A stretch of 64,000 bases of DNA from a virus (Duplodnaviria; Caudoviricetes). Below the pieces are notes generated by a model. That model worked only from the letters and a program-made list of their open reading frames with translations, ran no database searches and was not told the DNA's origin. The stretch lies in IMG/VR virus record IMGVR_UViG_3300028833_000061, positions 128,001-192,000 of that record, one strand, 5' to 3'. The position numbers and the translations under genes are program-made. This document shows, one piece after another, positions 19,231 to 28,984 of the stretch (the stretch's first letter is position 1; every line of letters begins with the position of its first letter).

Positions 19231-21798
19231 CTATTTTTTCTTGTTCTTGGATTTTGAATCATCTTCGTCGTCGTCAGGATGCAGTACTGGAACTACAAAA
19301 TCTGACAACGGATCTAGCTCTATCATGTATTCGTCTCGTTCTTCCTCAATGTCTATATTATCATATTCATTGTCGCAAAGCATTGAAACGGTTTTATCTT
19401 TAGTTCCTTCTTTTATCTTGCGCTCGATCTTTATCTGATTCAGCGTAGGATCCTTGAATTTTTTGAGGTGTGCATACTTGCCGTCTTTAACGGCTGAAGT
19501 ACCTGGCCACGGATATCGTCCGTCGACTGGATGATCCTCGCCCCACTCCGAAAGCGAAAGATTCTTATCTCCGCTCTTTCCTTTTAGATCCTCGACTAGC
19601 GGATATATCTCGTTCTCTACAAGCACAGACCAGTATGGCTGGTACAACATAAACTTGCCGAACCTGTCTGTTATGTCTGAACTCTTCGCAGTACCGCACT
19701 CCTTCGACGACCTGAATGAGAACAGCGATTTGGATATCGTGCTTGTAGGACTCAGAGGAGAACTCGTGAATATCTTGTTTGATGCCGTAGCAAATTTCTC
19801 GAGGTACGATGTAAACCTGCTGCTGTAGTCCTGGCCGAAGTCGAGCCATATAGGAACACCAACCTGCCCAGATGTCGTAAACACGACGCCTCCCGAACCG
19901 GAAACAATGGCGGTATCCCCTACAATAGCCGCAGTTCCTCCGTTAAACATCGCTCCGCACCCTGAACCAGACAGCATAATACCGTTGGCAGCTGACATTC
20001 CGGCTCTATCTCCGTCTATCATTACTAGGTTGTCGCTTACGATGCTCGTCGTAGTCTTGGAATACACGGAGGCATCGTCGGCTAATATTGCAACGCCGGA
20101 ATCCTTTGCCTTTATGACAATTCCTGTGCCATCATACTCTTCGCCTTTATTGGACGAGCCCTTGACTTTCTGCTTTGAGAAGCTTTCAAGAACAATGCTC
20201 CCTCTGTCTTCAGTATCATCAGAGCCTGCGGCTATCCTTACGTTGCAATCTGCATGTATTGTAACGTCATTGTCAGAAGCGAGTATGTCTACGCTCTTAA
20301 GCGCCTTGACGACAGCGTCATCACCAGCCATTGCCACGAAAGATCTTCCAGGCTGAATATTTATGTTTCCGCATGCGCTTATGGTTATACTACCGCCCTC
20401 CATAACTATCTCTGAACCCCAGGCATCCCTTATGATTATCGCACCGGACGGAAGACAATACACTCCTGCCTTCCTTCCGACGTTTTCCTCGAGGTTGTCT
20501 TCCTTGATTGACTTAGCAGACGTACCTGACTCATCCTGCAAAGGATCCAGGTCCTTTACTTCCTTAAGGTAAAATTCGTCATTGTCGCTAGATGAGCCGC
20601 TTTTCTCTACATACTCAAGAAATCTGGCATACGACTGCTTGTATTCGTGCACCATCCTGTCTGCAAGAGCAATCGCATCGTAATGCCCAGAACTTTTTTC
20701 GTCGCTGTCCTTTGGCTTTACAAACTTGACGACGTCCTTTCGTTCTATGTCTGCACTGTCTATTCCTTCTGGATCGTCAAATTCACGTATCCTTATAGGA
20801 ACTGGTATCATATCGCTTCTCTCTAAAGCGAATCCTCCCGCCGACCTGTACAGTAGTCTTCCATTGTCATTGATATGAAGCTGCATAAGGCCCAGATCAT
20901 CCGGCTCCTTGTCAGCCGTAGTACGCAGCGTCTTGCTGTCGTCCTTATCGCAGTCTGGAGACCTGGACAAGAAACTGCTTATTATTCCGCCCAGGTATCC
21001 CTTGTATGTTCTAAGCCTGTATTTTCCTACAGGACGATTCTCGTCCTCGTCGTCCGGTCGCTCTGCCTTTATGCCATAGCCGCCCTTACGTTCGCCAAGG
21101 TACGGGGCAAAGAAAGCCTCCTCTGTTATATAACCGCCGTCTAGAAATGCTTTTTTAAATCCAGATATATCATACTGTCTGAAATTCTTCGAAACTATCT
21201 CTACGCAGTTATCTACTATGGAAGCAGATACACGAGCCTGGCCGCCTCTTAGAGACATCGTGAGCGTATCTCCGTCCAAGCCTACGCCATACTCGTTCAA
21301 TCTTACAAAATCACCTGGGAATACATCGCCAGGCCTGTGGTTTCCGGCCCAGAAAGAAGTACCGTCGTTTTTCTCTATTGGGTCGGAATATATAAGCTCT
21401 GTATTTGTATTTGGTCCTTCAAACAGTGTCAAAAGCTGCTTGAGACGATCTTCTGGCTTTTTATCCTTCTCTAGGTTGAACGCACGTGTATCCAAAGTAC
21501 CTAAAATATAGCCTAGGCCACTTGAATCAGCATTCAACATAACAACAACGACAGATCCCTCTTTTGGCATATCGCAATCTGCATATCCAAAAGGAGATCC
21601 CTGTGCCGTTCTGGCCAACGTGCATGTTCGATTTCCTACGCCTGATATAGCGACAAGAAAATCGTATGAGCCAACTCCAGTTCTGATTATAGTACCGACA
21701 CGCAGCCTGCCGGCTTTAAGCTGGGCGACATCATCCATAACACGATGCAGCTCTTCTGTGATCTTAGAAACCTGTTCTCTTGAAAATGTGTCTTCCAT
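19231..21798 (-). CDS. Baseplate central spike-like protein (gp5/gpV-like)
   Basis: 855 aa; N-terminal OB-fold-like MPKEGSVVVV..GYILG and beta-helix-like GAIIIRDAWGSEIVMEGGSITISACGNINI. Confidence 0.65.
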   Translation of the reverse strand: MEDTFSREQVSKITEELHRVMDDVAQLKAGRLRVGTIIRTGVGSYDFLVAISGVGNRTCTLARTAQGSPFGYADCDMPKEGSVVVVMLNADSSGLGYILGTLDTRAFNLEKDKKPEDRLKQLLTLFEGPNTNTELIYSDPIEKNDGTSFWAGNHRPGDVFPGDFVRLNEYGVGLDGDTLTMSLRGGQARVSASIVDNCVEIVSKNFRQYDISGFKKAFLDGGYITEEAFFAPYLGERKGGYGIKAERPDDEDENRPVGKYRLRTYKGYLGGIISSFLSRSPDCDKDDSKTLRTTADKEPDDLGLMQLHINDNGRLLYRSAGGFALERSDMIPVPIRIREFDDPEGIDSADIERKDVVKFVKPKDSDEKSSGHYDAIALADRMVHEYKQSYARFLEYVEKSGSSSDNDEFYLKEVKDLDPLQDESGTSAKSIKEDNLEENVGRKAGVYCLPSGAIIIRDAWGSEIVMEGGSITISACGNINIQPGRSFVAMAGDDAVVKALKSVDILASDNDVTIHADCNVRIAAGSDDTEDRGSIVLESFSKQKVKGSSNKGEEYDGTGIVIKAKDSGVAILADDASVYSKTTTSIVSDNLVMIDGDRAGMSAANGIMLSGSGCGAMFNGGTAAIVGDTAIVSGSGGVVFTTSGQVGVPIWLDFGQDYSSRFTSYLEKFATASNKIFTSSPLSPTSTISKSLFSFRSSKECGTAKSSDITDRFGKFMLYQPYWSVLVENEIYPLVEDLKGKSGDKNLSLSEWGEDHPVDGRYPWPGTSAVKDGKYAHLKKFKDPTLNQIKIERKIKEGTKDKTVSMLCDNEYDNIDIEEERDEYMIELDPLSDFVVPVLHPDDDEDDSKSKNKKK

Positions 21799-21801
21799 TC
21801 C

Positions 21802-21817
21802 TTTTAGTATACTAAAA
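21802..21817 (-). promoter_or_regulatory. Perfect 16 bp palindrome containing a -10-like TATACT
   Basis: TTTTAGTATACTAAAA between terminator and ATG 21798. Confidence 0.4.
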
Positions 21818-21823
21818 ACATCT

Positions 21824-21853
21824 AAAAAAAAGAAGCGGGCAAAGGCCCGCTCC
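21824..21853 (-). terminator. Intrinsic terminator after tail tube gene
   Basis: Minus strand GGAGCGGGC-CTTT-GCCCGCTTC followed by T8. Confidence 0.85.
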
Positions 21854-21887
21854 TTTTTGAGTCATCTCCTTGCGGAGAAAACCTACG

Positions 21888-22358
21888 TTACTCATTTCCA
21901 AGATAGTGGAATACGCCTCCAGCGTTCTCCGTGAAGAACGTATCCTGTGCCTGGCCCTGTATAGAGAACTGGGTCCATATTGCATGCTGGCAGACCACCG
22001 TTGTTGCCTGGTTTGATCCTTGCAGAATTTTTATCTTCGTGCCTAGATCGCATGTCTGGTCAGGTGTGAACGTAATCGTAACAGCCGTAGGAATGCAGTC
22101 TTCGATGCTTGTCTTAACGCCCTTCGCAAGCTCGCCAGCTCCAGCTACATGGCTGAACGAGAATGTGCCCTGTGCAACGCCTTTGGCCATGATAACGTCC
22201 TTTCCAAACGTAAGCACTGGCTGTACCGGCATGTTATATGTGACGTTGGCACCTAGAACGAAAGCGTCTCCGCTCGTTCCTGACACCGTTATCGTTGCCA
22301 TGTTCTGATCTATAACCACGAAGTTTCCTACTTCATTTCCAAAAATGTCTGATGCCAT
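21888..22358 (-). CDS. Tail tube protein
   Basis: 156 aa beta-rich protein directly after sheath; AGGAG RBS; followed by terminator. Confidence 0.7.
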   Translation of the reverse strand: MASDIFGNEVGNFVVIDQNMATITVSGTSGDAFVLGANVTYNMPVQPVLTFGKDVIMAKGVAQGTFSFSHVAGAGELAKGVKTSIEDCIPTAVTITFTPDQTCDLGTKIKILQGSNQATTVVCQHAIWTQFSIQGQAQDTFFTENAGGVFHYLGNE

Positions 22359-22400
22359 GTTTAACTCCTTGTTTTAATCGTTCGATCGTTGTCAGACTTG

Positions 22401-24455
22401 CTAGACCAATCCAACGGTCGCCTCTGTGGTTTCAGTTACTTCAGTGCTGACGTCGACGGTCAGATACAGATCCATCTCGTTGAACGGAGCAGGCAGAACC
22501 ACGACAACGTGTGCGATAATTCTAGTTGCATTGGTAGGGTCGACATTGATGCTCTCGATACGGCCATCGAGGATCTGAGATCCAACAAGATCGTTTGACG
22601 CTGTGTTGTGTGCAAGATAGTACAGACGAGCCAGGATATCTGCCCTTATTCTCCTGATCAACGATGGCGTCACATTGTACGATCCCTTGTATCCTTCGAT
22701 CAGCGAATCGAACTGGTACGTGATGTTATCGAAGTTGACGACCATGGACAGCTCTGACTTCGCTAGCACGTTGGATGACACACCGGTCGTGATCTGCTTC
22801 CTGACATACACCGCGTCACCGGCCTGATCCTGCTTCATCACAAGGCAGCCTCCGGCCGCAGCAGTATCAAGGTCTGCGTCGGTAAACACAGCATAGGTAT
22901 CAGGAACATCGTCTACTCCAGGTATGACCGCGTTGGTGATCGGCGCTTGAGGAACAACGCTGGCCTTCATGCCCGCGATGATAGGAGCAGCGAACAGCGA
23001 GCTGTACGTCTCTCCACCGAATTTATATGTCTTCGGGAACACGTCGACGGCTCTGTGTGTGCCATAGCTCTTAGCAGCGCCTGCAGCAGCGGCGGCCGTC
23101 TCGTGGCTCGTAAGCGTATGAGTAATCGTAGCATCGACCGTCTCGCCATCTACGAAGGCATACTCGTCATCTACGCCAGACTCAGGATCGACATACTTCG
23201 TCTTGGTGAGTATAGACGTCCTGTTCATCTTTCTCGCAGCTACGAACTTGCGTCCATCAGCCAGCTCGATGACATCTCCCTCGACTGCGTCAGGCGCGCC
23301 GCCGTCAGCCTTGACCACAACATATTTCACTCCGTTCTGCGAATACACGCCGAGTCCGGTCACTTCGAAGTCGGTGGTTGTGCTGTCTTCAACCGCAGAG
23401 CACAAAAACGCTGTTCTCCAGTGTTTCACATTCTCGTTAGACATGTTTGTGACATGTGCGACAACGGCAGTGAGAACACCTGCGTCCTGAGACATTGGAA
23501 CCAGGTAGTACAGCGTCTTGTTGTGTCTTGACAGCTCAAGAGCCCGCGTGAATTCAGCGACTGATTCACCGCCTGTGACGTAGTAATACACAACGAACGC
23601 GCCGCCAACGAATGCGTTGAACACGCCCATTGCAATCGGGTTGGCAGGATCTGCCTTTCCTAGCACGTCCTCGACGTCAGCCATCGATGTAGCGACATGA
23701 ATTCCAACAGACGCAGACTTGTGCAGAGTTCTGTATCCGACGGCAACATCTGCCACGAGAACAAGCCTGTTGTTATCACCGATCTTTACAGTCGTATTGG
23801 TGCCAATCTCTACGACTTCAGATGTAACCTTGGACGGCTCGACCTTGACCGATGCAAACTTTCTGCAGATATAAACCTCTGCGTTTCCGTCGCTTACAAA
23901 ATCTGGAAGGCCGTCGACAAGCGTAACAACAGTGTCTGCGCCATCAATCTCGATCTTAAGGATGTTCACGAACTCCCAAGACCCGTCTCCTGTTGTAGGC
24001 CTGAAGGCAATGACATCAGTCAGAGCAACCGGAGATGCGAGATCTGGATCAACTGATTTTCCAATCAACTTCTTTCCGTTGAATCTCAGCACTCCATCGA
24101 GATAATCTCCGACGACTGTAACGTCAGCAAGCTCTCCGAGCTCGTAGAACGAAACACCAGGAAGAAGATTGATGTAGGCATTTTCCGCGTAAACCTCGAC
24201 ACTTGCCTCATCGAGCACGTTTACGGCTGAGACCTCGAACGGCTCTTTGATCACAAGATTAGTCCTGCTGTCGTCGGCTCCGGCCTTCTTCGCCTCGAAG
24301 TAGTGCCTTGTGAGCTGCTCCCTCTCGTCAACGTCGCTGTATCTGTGAAGGTCGTACTGTGGTCCAAACACAAACACATTCTGATCAAGCGGAGTACCAG
24401 CCGTAGGGGTTCCCCAATTCTGGAACACTCTGAATTTGCTGCTGTAATTTGCCAT
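22401..24455 (-). CDS. Tail sheath protein
   Basis: 684 aa; DPANPIAMGV, AAGGCLVM..YVRKQITT..ELSMVVNFDNI and C-terminal PAPFNEMDLYL sheath-like motifs. Confidence 0.85.
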   Translation of the reverse strand: MANYSSKFRVFQNWGTPTAGTPLDQNVFVFGPQYDLHRYSDVDEREQLTRHYFEAKKAGADDSRTNLVIKEPFEVSAVNVLDEASVEVYAENAYINLLPGVSFYELGELADVTVVGDYLDGVLRFNGKKLIGKSVDPDLASPVALTDVIAFRPTTGDGSWEFVNILKIEIDGADTVVTLVDGLPDFVSDGNAEVYICRKFASVKVEPSKVTSEVVEIGTNTTVKIGDNNRLVLVADVAVGYRTLHKSASVGIHVATSMADVEDVLGKADPANPIAMGVFNAFVGGAFVVYYYVTGGESVAEFTRALELSRHNKTLYYLVPMSQDAGVLTAVVAHVTNMSNENVKHWRTAFLCSAVEDSTTTDFEVTGLGVYSQNGVKYVVVKADGGAPDAVEGDVIELADGRKFVAARKMNRTSILTKTKYVDPESGVDDEYAFVDGETVDATITHTLTSHETAAAAAGAAKSYGTHRAVDVFPKTYKFGGETYSSLFAAPIIAGMKASVVPQAPITNAVIPGVDDVPDTYAVFTDADLDTAAAGGCLVMKQDQAGDAVYVRKQITTGVSSNVLAKSELSMVVNFDNITYQFDSLIEGYKGSYNVTPSLIRRIRADILARLYYLAHNTASNDLVGSQILDGRIESINVDPTNATRIIAHVVVVLPAPFNEMDLYLTVDVSTEVTETTEATVGLV

Positions 24456-24460
24456 GTGAA

Positions 24461-25183
24461 TTAAACTCCTTGTCCTTTTCCTTGTCTTGGTTTATCAAGG
24501 TCTGTTCTTAATATATCACGAGGTATTTTATCTTGTAAAGGTTTAAAAATAATATCCTGAAGAACGGGTGCCTCAGGCCGCGTTCCAGTCATGTCGATGA
24601 ATTCAAATTCAAAGCTGCATGTGCTTACCCACTGTTCTTTAGATGCACCCTGCATCTTTTCTATCGGAGTCTGCGCCACCGGTCTAAACTTAGACAGGCA
24701 GTAGTCCTTCTTGATAGGATATGAAAAATTCCATAAATAGTCTAGGGTGTTGTCGCACAGCACGTTGGCCTCTCCAGAGGTCTTTGCAATATGCGCAAAC
24801 GAAACAACTCCAGATACCTGCCGCATAAAGTACGTTGTTCCTGTTTTTCCTTCTATTCCGTACGGCAATCTACCTGTTGGATATTCGAACTTAAGAGGGC
24901 TTAACTTGACTATTATAGCCGGCCTGAACTCTGGATGTTCATCCTCCCATCGCATCTCCTTGTCTATCCATATGCCGGTTTTATTTTTATCGTAGTCGAA
25001 TCTGCGCTCAGGACACCCTTTTATGAACTCGGATCCCGTCTTGTAATATTGGCGTATGACATCTACGAACAAACCATACAAAACACTGCTGTGCTTTGTA
25101 AGCTCGCATATAAGCTTCTTATCCTCTATCGAGTGGTCGAAATATATCTCGAATGGCTCTACGTCAAGCGGCTTCTCGTTCAT
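24461..25183 (-). CDS. Putative tail completion / terminator protein
   Basis: 240 aa between neck genes and sheath; RPAIIVK motif. Confidence 0.55.
   Translation of the reverse strand: MNEKPLDVEPFEIYFDHSIEDKKLICELTKHSSVLYGLFVDVIRQYYKTGSEFIKGCPERRFDYDKNKTGIWIDKEMRWEDEHPEFRPAIIVKLSPLKFEYPTGRLPYGIEGKTGTTYFMRQVSGVVSFAHIAKTSGEANVLCDNTLDYLWNFSYPIKKDYCLSKFRPVAQTPIEKMQGASKEQWVSTCSFEFEFIDMTGTRPEAPVLQDIIFKPLQDKIPRDILRTDLDKPRQGKGQGV
24510..24539 (-). promoter_or_regulatory. Candidate sigma70-like promoter for sheath-tube
   Basis: TTTACA-18-TATATT with TGn extension, in AT-rich 3' end of upstream gene. Confidence 0.4.
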
Positions 25184-25962
25184 CTTGCAGTTTCGATCTT
25201 GTAGATTTTATCGGAGACAGGTGCCTCGCTGACAACAAGTGACTGTACCAGAGGTATTCTTCGCAGCTCCGCTATCACAGACGCCTTGTTTACATAGTAT
25301 CTCTTGTCAGAACCTATATCAACTATAACATCATTTTTCTTTGCGACTATACTGGAAGCCATTCTCACTTCAAATATCTTTCTCTCCAGAGTACCTGCAC
25401 CTTCATCGACGACGTCGTGGTTTGAGTCTGAAGAAAACGTCATCCACATATCATACGGTCCGTTGTACGGGTTAATCCTGCCAGTTCCAAAACACTGGTC
25501 ACAGTCAGCGAACCTAATCTCACCTGTTATAGGATCTCTGCACTTCAAGCAAGGTGGCCCAAACGTAGTGACTGTAAACAGCTGACCGGCTGTTCCTGCC
25601 ATTTTTTTCATATGCAAGACCTCTTTTCGCATTATGTCTCTTGCGATCAGAAAGTCCTTTCTATTCAAATCACCGTACGGATTAACAACACTAGAAAAAT
25701 ATTTCGTATTGTCTGCAACAAGTACAACTCTGAAATATAGCACAGAAGACTTGTTTATAAGGCGCCTTCTGTCTTCCTTGTAGAAATATCTATCTACAAT
25801 CGGACCGGAGATGTCTATCCACGGGCCTGTAATAGATGTGGCCTGCTCTACTCTGAACACCCACGGAGGAGCGACATTGAAATCGCCAGATACGCGCCAC
25901 GTAAACAGAAAGCCTGCCCCGTAGCTAGGAAAAATATCTACACTGGATATCACAGTGTCCAT
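25180..25962 (-). CDS. Putative neck / head-closure protein with Zn-ribbon
   Basis: 260 aa; CLKCRDPITG..DCDQCFGTG motif; position after adaptor. Confidence 0.6.
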   Translation of the reverse strand: MDTVISSVDIFPSYGAGFLFTWRVSGDFNVAPPWVFRVEQATSITGPWIDISGPIVDRYFYKEDRRRLINKSSVLYFRVVLVADNTKYFSSVVNPYGDLNRKDFLIARDIMRKEVLHMKKMAGTAGQLFTVTTFGPPCLKCRDPITGEIRFADCDQCFGTGRINPYNGPYDMWMTFSSDSNHDVVDEGAGTLERKIFEVRMASSIVAKKNDVIVDIGSDKRYYVNKASVIAELRRIPLVQSLVVSEAPVSDKIYKIETAR

Positions 25963-26393
25963 TAGAAAGTAGCAAACCCGTTAGACGCGTTTATACTTCT
26001 CTTGTTCTGCCTCACCCACAGCTTATACTCTTCCCAAAGCCTGGCTGACGCTGCATCGTACGCCTGCGCCTTATTATCGTCGTCGACAGTTAAGCCGCCT
26101 GCCTGATACTGCAAATGATTTCTGCGGTATCTGTTTGCAGCTATTGCCAAGAGATTTCCGACAGTACCCTTTAGAAGATTGAACCTGAACGGATTGCGAT
26201 CATAGTCTATGTTTCCTATGTATGGCGGCTGCTCGTTCCAATAATCCTGCGCATACGTCAACGCCTGTCGTATCTCCTCAGGTGTAAATTCATAATCGTC
26301 AAGAAGCGTGTTCAGCTCTGGCTCGTTGTCGCGAAGCCAGAATCTTATGTCGTTCTCGACTAAAAAAGTGTCACCGCCCTGCAACTTCGCCAT
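25962..26393 (-). CDS. Putative head-tail adaptor (neck) protein
   Basis: 143 aa helical; IRFWLRD...EFTPEEI...WNEQPP, GGLTV; downstream of capsid gene. Confidence 0.6.
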   Translation of the reverse strand: MAKLQGGDTFLVENDIRFWLRDNEPELNTLLDDYEFTPEEIRQALTYAQDYWNEQPPYIGNIDYDRNPFRFNLLKGTVGNLLAIAANRYRRNHLQYQAGGLTVDDDNKAQAYDAASARLWEEYKLWVRQNKRSINASNGFATF

Positions 26394-26395
26394 GA

Positions 26396-26929
26396 CTAGT
26401 TACCCGAATTACCAGACTGTTTGTCTGACGACGAAGACCTGCCACGTATGTCAGGAACCTTCATGGCATTTACTCTGTCTGCGGCAGCGTCATATTTGTC
26501 TTTCAAAGAAGTCAACGTATTATCAGTATACTGCTTTATATCAGGCCAGTAATTTCCAAGAGCGAATCCACCTGCGCCTATGCCTGCGTAAAGCGCCCAT
26601 CTCTTTATCTTGTCTACAAGAGATTCTTCCTCGTCGTCATCGTCTTCATCTTCGGGCTGCATCGCTGCAGGCATAGGTACTCCGTACATAGGATTCTGCC
26701 TGTAGAAATCTCTTGAGTCTCCTCCGTCGTCAAAAAACATAAGTTTACTGGCCTTCTTTTCAAGCGCCTCGGCAAACCCTTCGTAAAAGTCTTCTGGGCT
26801 CAAACTACCTAAGTTCTGGTATTCGGCCTGCTTGACACAGAATTCTGCTATATCTGGATCTACGCCTCTTTCAACAAGTGAACACGTAAATCCATGCTTC
26901 ATCAGCGCATTTTGCTCGTAGTTATTCAT
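26396..26929 (-). CDS. Putative internal head protein (GF...KxA leader, Gly-rich TM-like segment)
   Basis: HGFTCSLVERGVDP..VKQAE, EGFAEALEKKAS, ALYAGIGAGGFALG. Confidence 0.5.
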   Translation of the reverse strand: MNNYEQNALMKHGFTCSLVERGVDPDIAEFCVKQAEYQNLGSLSPEDFYEGFAEALEKKASKLMFFDDGGDSRDFYRQNPMYGVPMPAAMQPEDEDDDDEEESLVDKIKRWALYAGIGAGGFALGNYWPDIKQYTDNTLTSLKDKYDAAADRVNAMKVPDIRGRSSSSDKQSGNSGN

Positions 26930-26983
26930 TTTGTATGTGTAGATGTTTGTTAGCGTCGTATCAAATATTACACCCTTTCATAT

Positions 26984-27016
26984 AAAAAAGCCACCGGCTT
27001 TTTACACCGGTGGCTT
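26984..27016 (-). terminator. Intrinsic terminator after major capsid gene
   Basis: Minus strand AAGCCACCGG-TGTAAAAAG-CCGGTGGCTT-TTTT. Confidence 0.85.
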
Positions 27017-27049
27017 GAGGTACGAGAGCCTTGTGGACTCTTACGACTC

Positions 27050-28015
27050 TTACGACTCCTGCTTCTTGCTGTTGAAGATGGCGAGCGCAACGCCGGCAAC
27101 GTTTCCGATGCCGACACCGCCGAGCCAGTAGGAGAACATCTCGATGAAGTATGCCTCCTTCTTCATGTACATCGTCCAGTCCGTGAGATAGAACGCACGG
27201 CCGAGGAACTTAGGAGCAGCGAAGAAGAACACGTAGCCGTCTGGGATCAGGTCGTCCTTGATAGTGAAGAGGACCTTGACGCCCATGAACTTGTCGATCG
27301 TCAGACCGTCGGTGAAGAAGGTCTGGGAGAGATCGCCACCAACCTCGTCGCGGCCGAAGGTGAGCAGCTCGCCCGCGGTGATCTCGTTCATGAGGCAGAG
27401 ATCGTTGCGGAGGCGGTACTTGCCCTCCTTGTTGCCACGAGGAAGCATGTTGCGAGCTTCCGCGAACGTACGACGGTTGAGGCCGCCCTCGAACTCCATC
27501 TTCTGGATCTTGCCAGTCATATGGTTGCGGCCGTCCTCGTCGCAGTCGTTGACGATCGAGTAGCAGAGCTCGATGAACTTGCGGTCGTACTCCGTGTGGG
27601 CATCCTTGAGCGCATTGTCCGTGAGGATCTTGCGGATGTCCATGCGGGTCGTGCGGAGCTCGTCGATGTCCTTCTGGAACTTCGGCGTGAGCAGACGCGC
27701 GAACGGGATGCGGAAGTTCGTCGACTCGATGTACTCGGCATCGGGCACCGTCTGGAACGGAACGAACTTGGCTCCAGGGGAGTCAGGCTCGAGCTCGATG
27801 GTGATCGAGAGGCCCTCCTGCATGCCACGATCGAGCATGTCGTCGGTAGCCTGCTCCGGAGGAAGGATCTTCATTGCGAAGGAATCCTCGCGGAGGCCCG
27901 TGCGGATGTAGTCGGTCGAAGCCTGAGCGGTCTTCTCGATGTTGTTGGAATTCTCGCGAGTGAGCTCGCCGAGAATCGCGTTGTTCATGACGTCTGTAGG
28001 AACGTTCTGTGTCAT
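27050..28015 (-). CDS. Major capsid protein
   Basis: 321 aa; order protease-scaffold-decoration-MCP-terminator; strongest GC3 codon bias in window; EKTA near N-terminus then LREDSFAMKILPP. Confidence 0.8.
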   Translation of the reverse strand: MTQNVPTDVMNNAILGELTRENSNNIEKTAQASTDYIRTGLREDSFAMKILPPEQATDDMLDRGMQEGLSITIELEPDSPGAKFVPFQTVPDAEYIESTNFRIPFARLLTPKFQKDIDELRTTRMDIRKILTDNALKDAHTEYDRKFIELCYSIVNDCDEDGRNHMTGKIQKMEFEGGLNRRTFAEARNMLPRGNKEGKYRLRNDLCLMNEITAGELLTFGRDEVGGDLSQTFFTDGLTIDKFMGVKVLFTIKDDLIPDGYVFFFAAPKFLGRAFYLTDWTMYMKKEAYFIEMFSYWLGGVGIGNVAGVALAIFNSKKQES

Positions 28016-28035
28016 TGTATGTTTCCTTTCCTAGC

Positions 28036-28584
28036 TTAGATGCCCGTGAACTGGATCACAGTCCTGTTGGCACCGCGGCGCCAAGGCAGGCCATCCTTGC
28101 CATCCTTTGCAATGGCATTGTTGACCCAGCGAGTGAACGGAGGAACGGTAACAACCGCAACCGCGTTCTCCTCGGTGCCCTTGGAGAGCATGCCGTCCTT
28201 GACCGTGAGGAAGTCGCCGACCTTGAAGTCGTCGCCGTCGTAGACATCGGTCTGGTACTCTTCCTTGCGGAGGAGGAGGCCGGTGAGACGAGGCTGAGAC
28301 TGGATGACGTTGGAGCGCATGTCGGGCTTCTGTGTGATCGCAATGTCACCAGCCTCGTACACGACGCCACCAGCCATCGCGGCCTGCGTGTCAGCGTAGT
28401 CCTGAAGAGCAATGTAGACCAGCTTCTGAGAGCCGTCTGCAAGCTCGAATGCGCCCTTGTCGTTCGCCTGAATGATTGAACCGCGGACGATCTTCTCATT
28501 CGCTTCGGCGGGGTCTACAGGAAGGGTCTTGTCAACCTGTGCCATCGAATAGGTGGCGCCCTTAATAGGTGTGAACCATCCCAT
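28036..28584 (-). CDS. Putative capsid decoration/cement protein
   Basis: 182 aa beta-rich, directly upstream of MCP, same codon bias, AGGAG RBS; FKVGDFLTVKDGML. Confidence 0.65.
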   Translation of the reverse strand: MGWFTPIKGATYSMAQVDKTLPVDPAEANEKIVRGSIIQANDKGAFELADGSQKLVYIALQDYADTQAAMAGGVVYEAGDIAITQKPDMRSNVIQSQPRLTGLLLRKEEYQTDVYDGDDFKVGDFLTVKDGMLSKGTEENAVAVVTVPPFTRWVNNAIAKDGKDGLPWRRGANRTVIQFTGI

Positions 28585-28605
28585 GGTTGTACTCCTTTGT
28601 TTTGT

Positions 28606-28974
28606 TTAGTCAATCGTACCTGTATTTCCTCCACGAGGGAAGAAAATCCGTTCGAAAGGATCGTCGCCGGTACTCACGGCAATCTTTTCGTTTGAAGCGA
28701 CCCCGAGAGAATCAGGCCCGATTTCTCCGGCAAGCTTCTCAACGTAGTCGAAAATCAATTCAGGTGCCTCCGCAACCTTGTCGATGAAAGCACTCTCGTT
28801 TGTCTTTGAGAGAAGGCCTCTCTCGACAAGTACGGAGGCAGCCTTCGTTGCGCGCTCTACGAATGCAGACTTCTTGGCCTCGGCCTCCGCAAGCTTTTCG
28901 AGCTTGGGCTCCGTCTCCTCGATGTACTGCACGGCCTTCTGGGCCAGCGCGTTGTAAGACTGCTCCGTAATCAT
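28606..28974 (-). CDS. Small putative prohead core protein
   Basis: Helical, several EKLA/EKIA motifs; start ATG 28974 after AAGGTG. Confidence 0.55.
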   Translation of the reverse strand: MITEQSYNALAQKAVQYIEETEPKLEKLAEAEAKKSAFVERATKAASVLVERGLLSKTNESAFIDKVAEAPELIFDYVEKLAGEIGPDSLGVASNEKIAVSTGDDPFERIFFPRGGNTGTID

Positions 28975-28984
28975 CGATTGCACC

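Noticed and set aside
8344-25962. Extracellular contractile injection system or tailocin
   Set aside because: Capsid, scaffold, protease and neck genes are contiguous, indicating a complete phage
27036-27058. 9 bp tandem duplication (gactcttac) at the MCP stop codon
   Set aside because: Only duplicates Glu-Ser-stop; no evidence of readthrough or function
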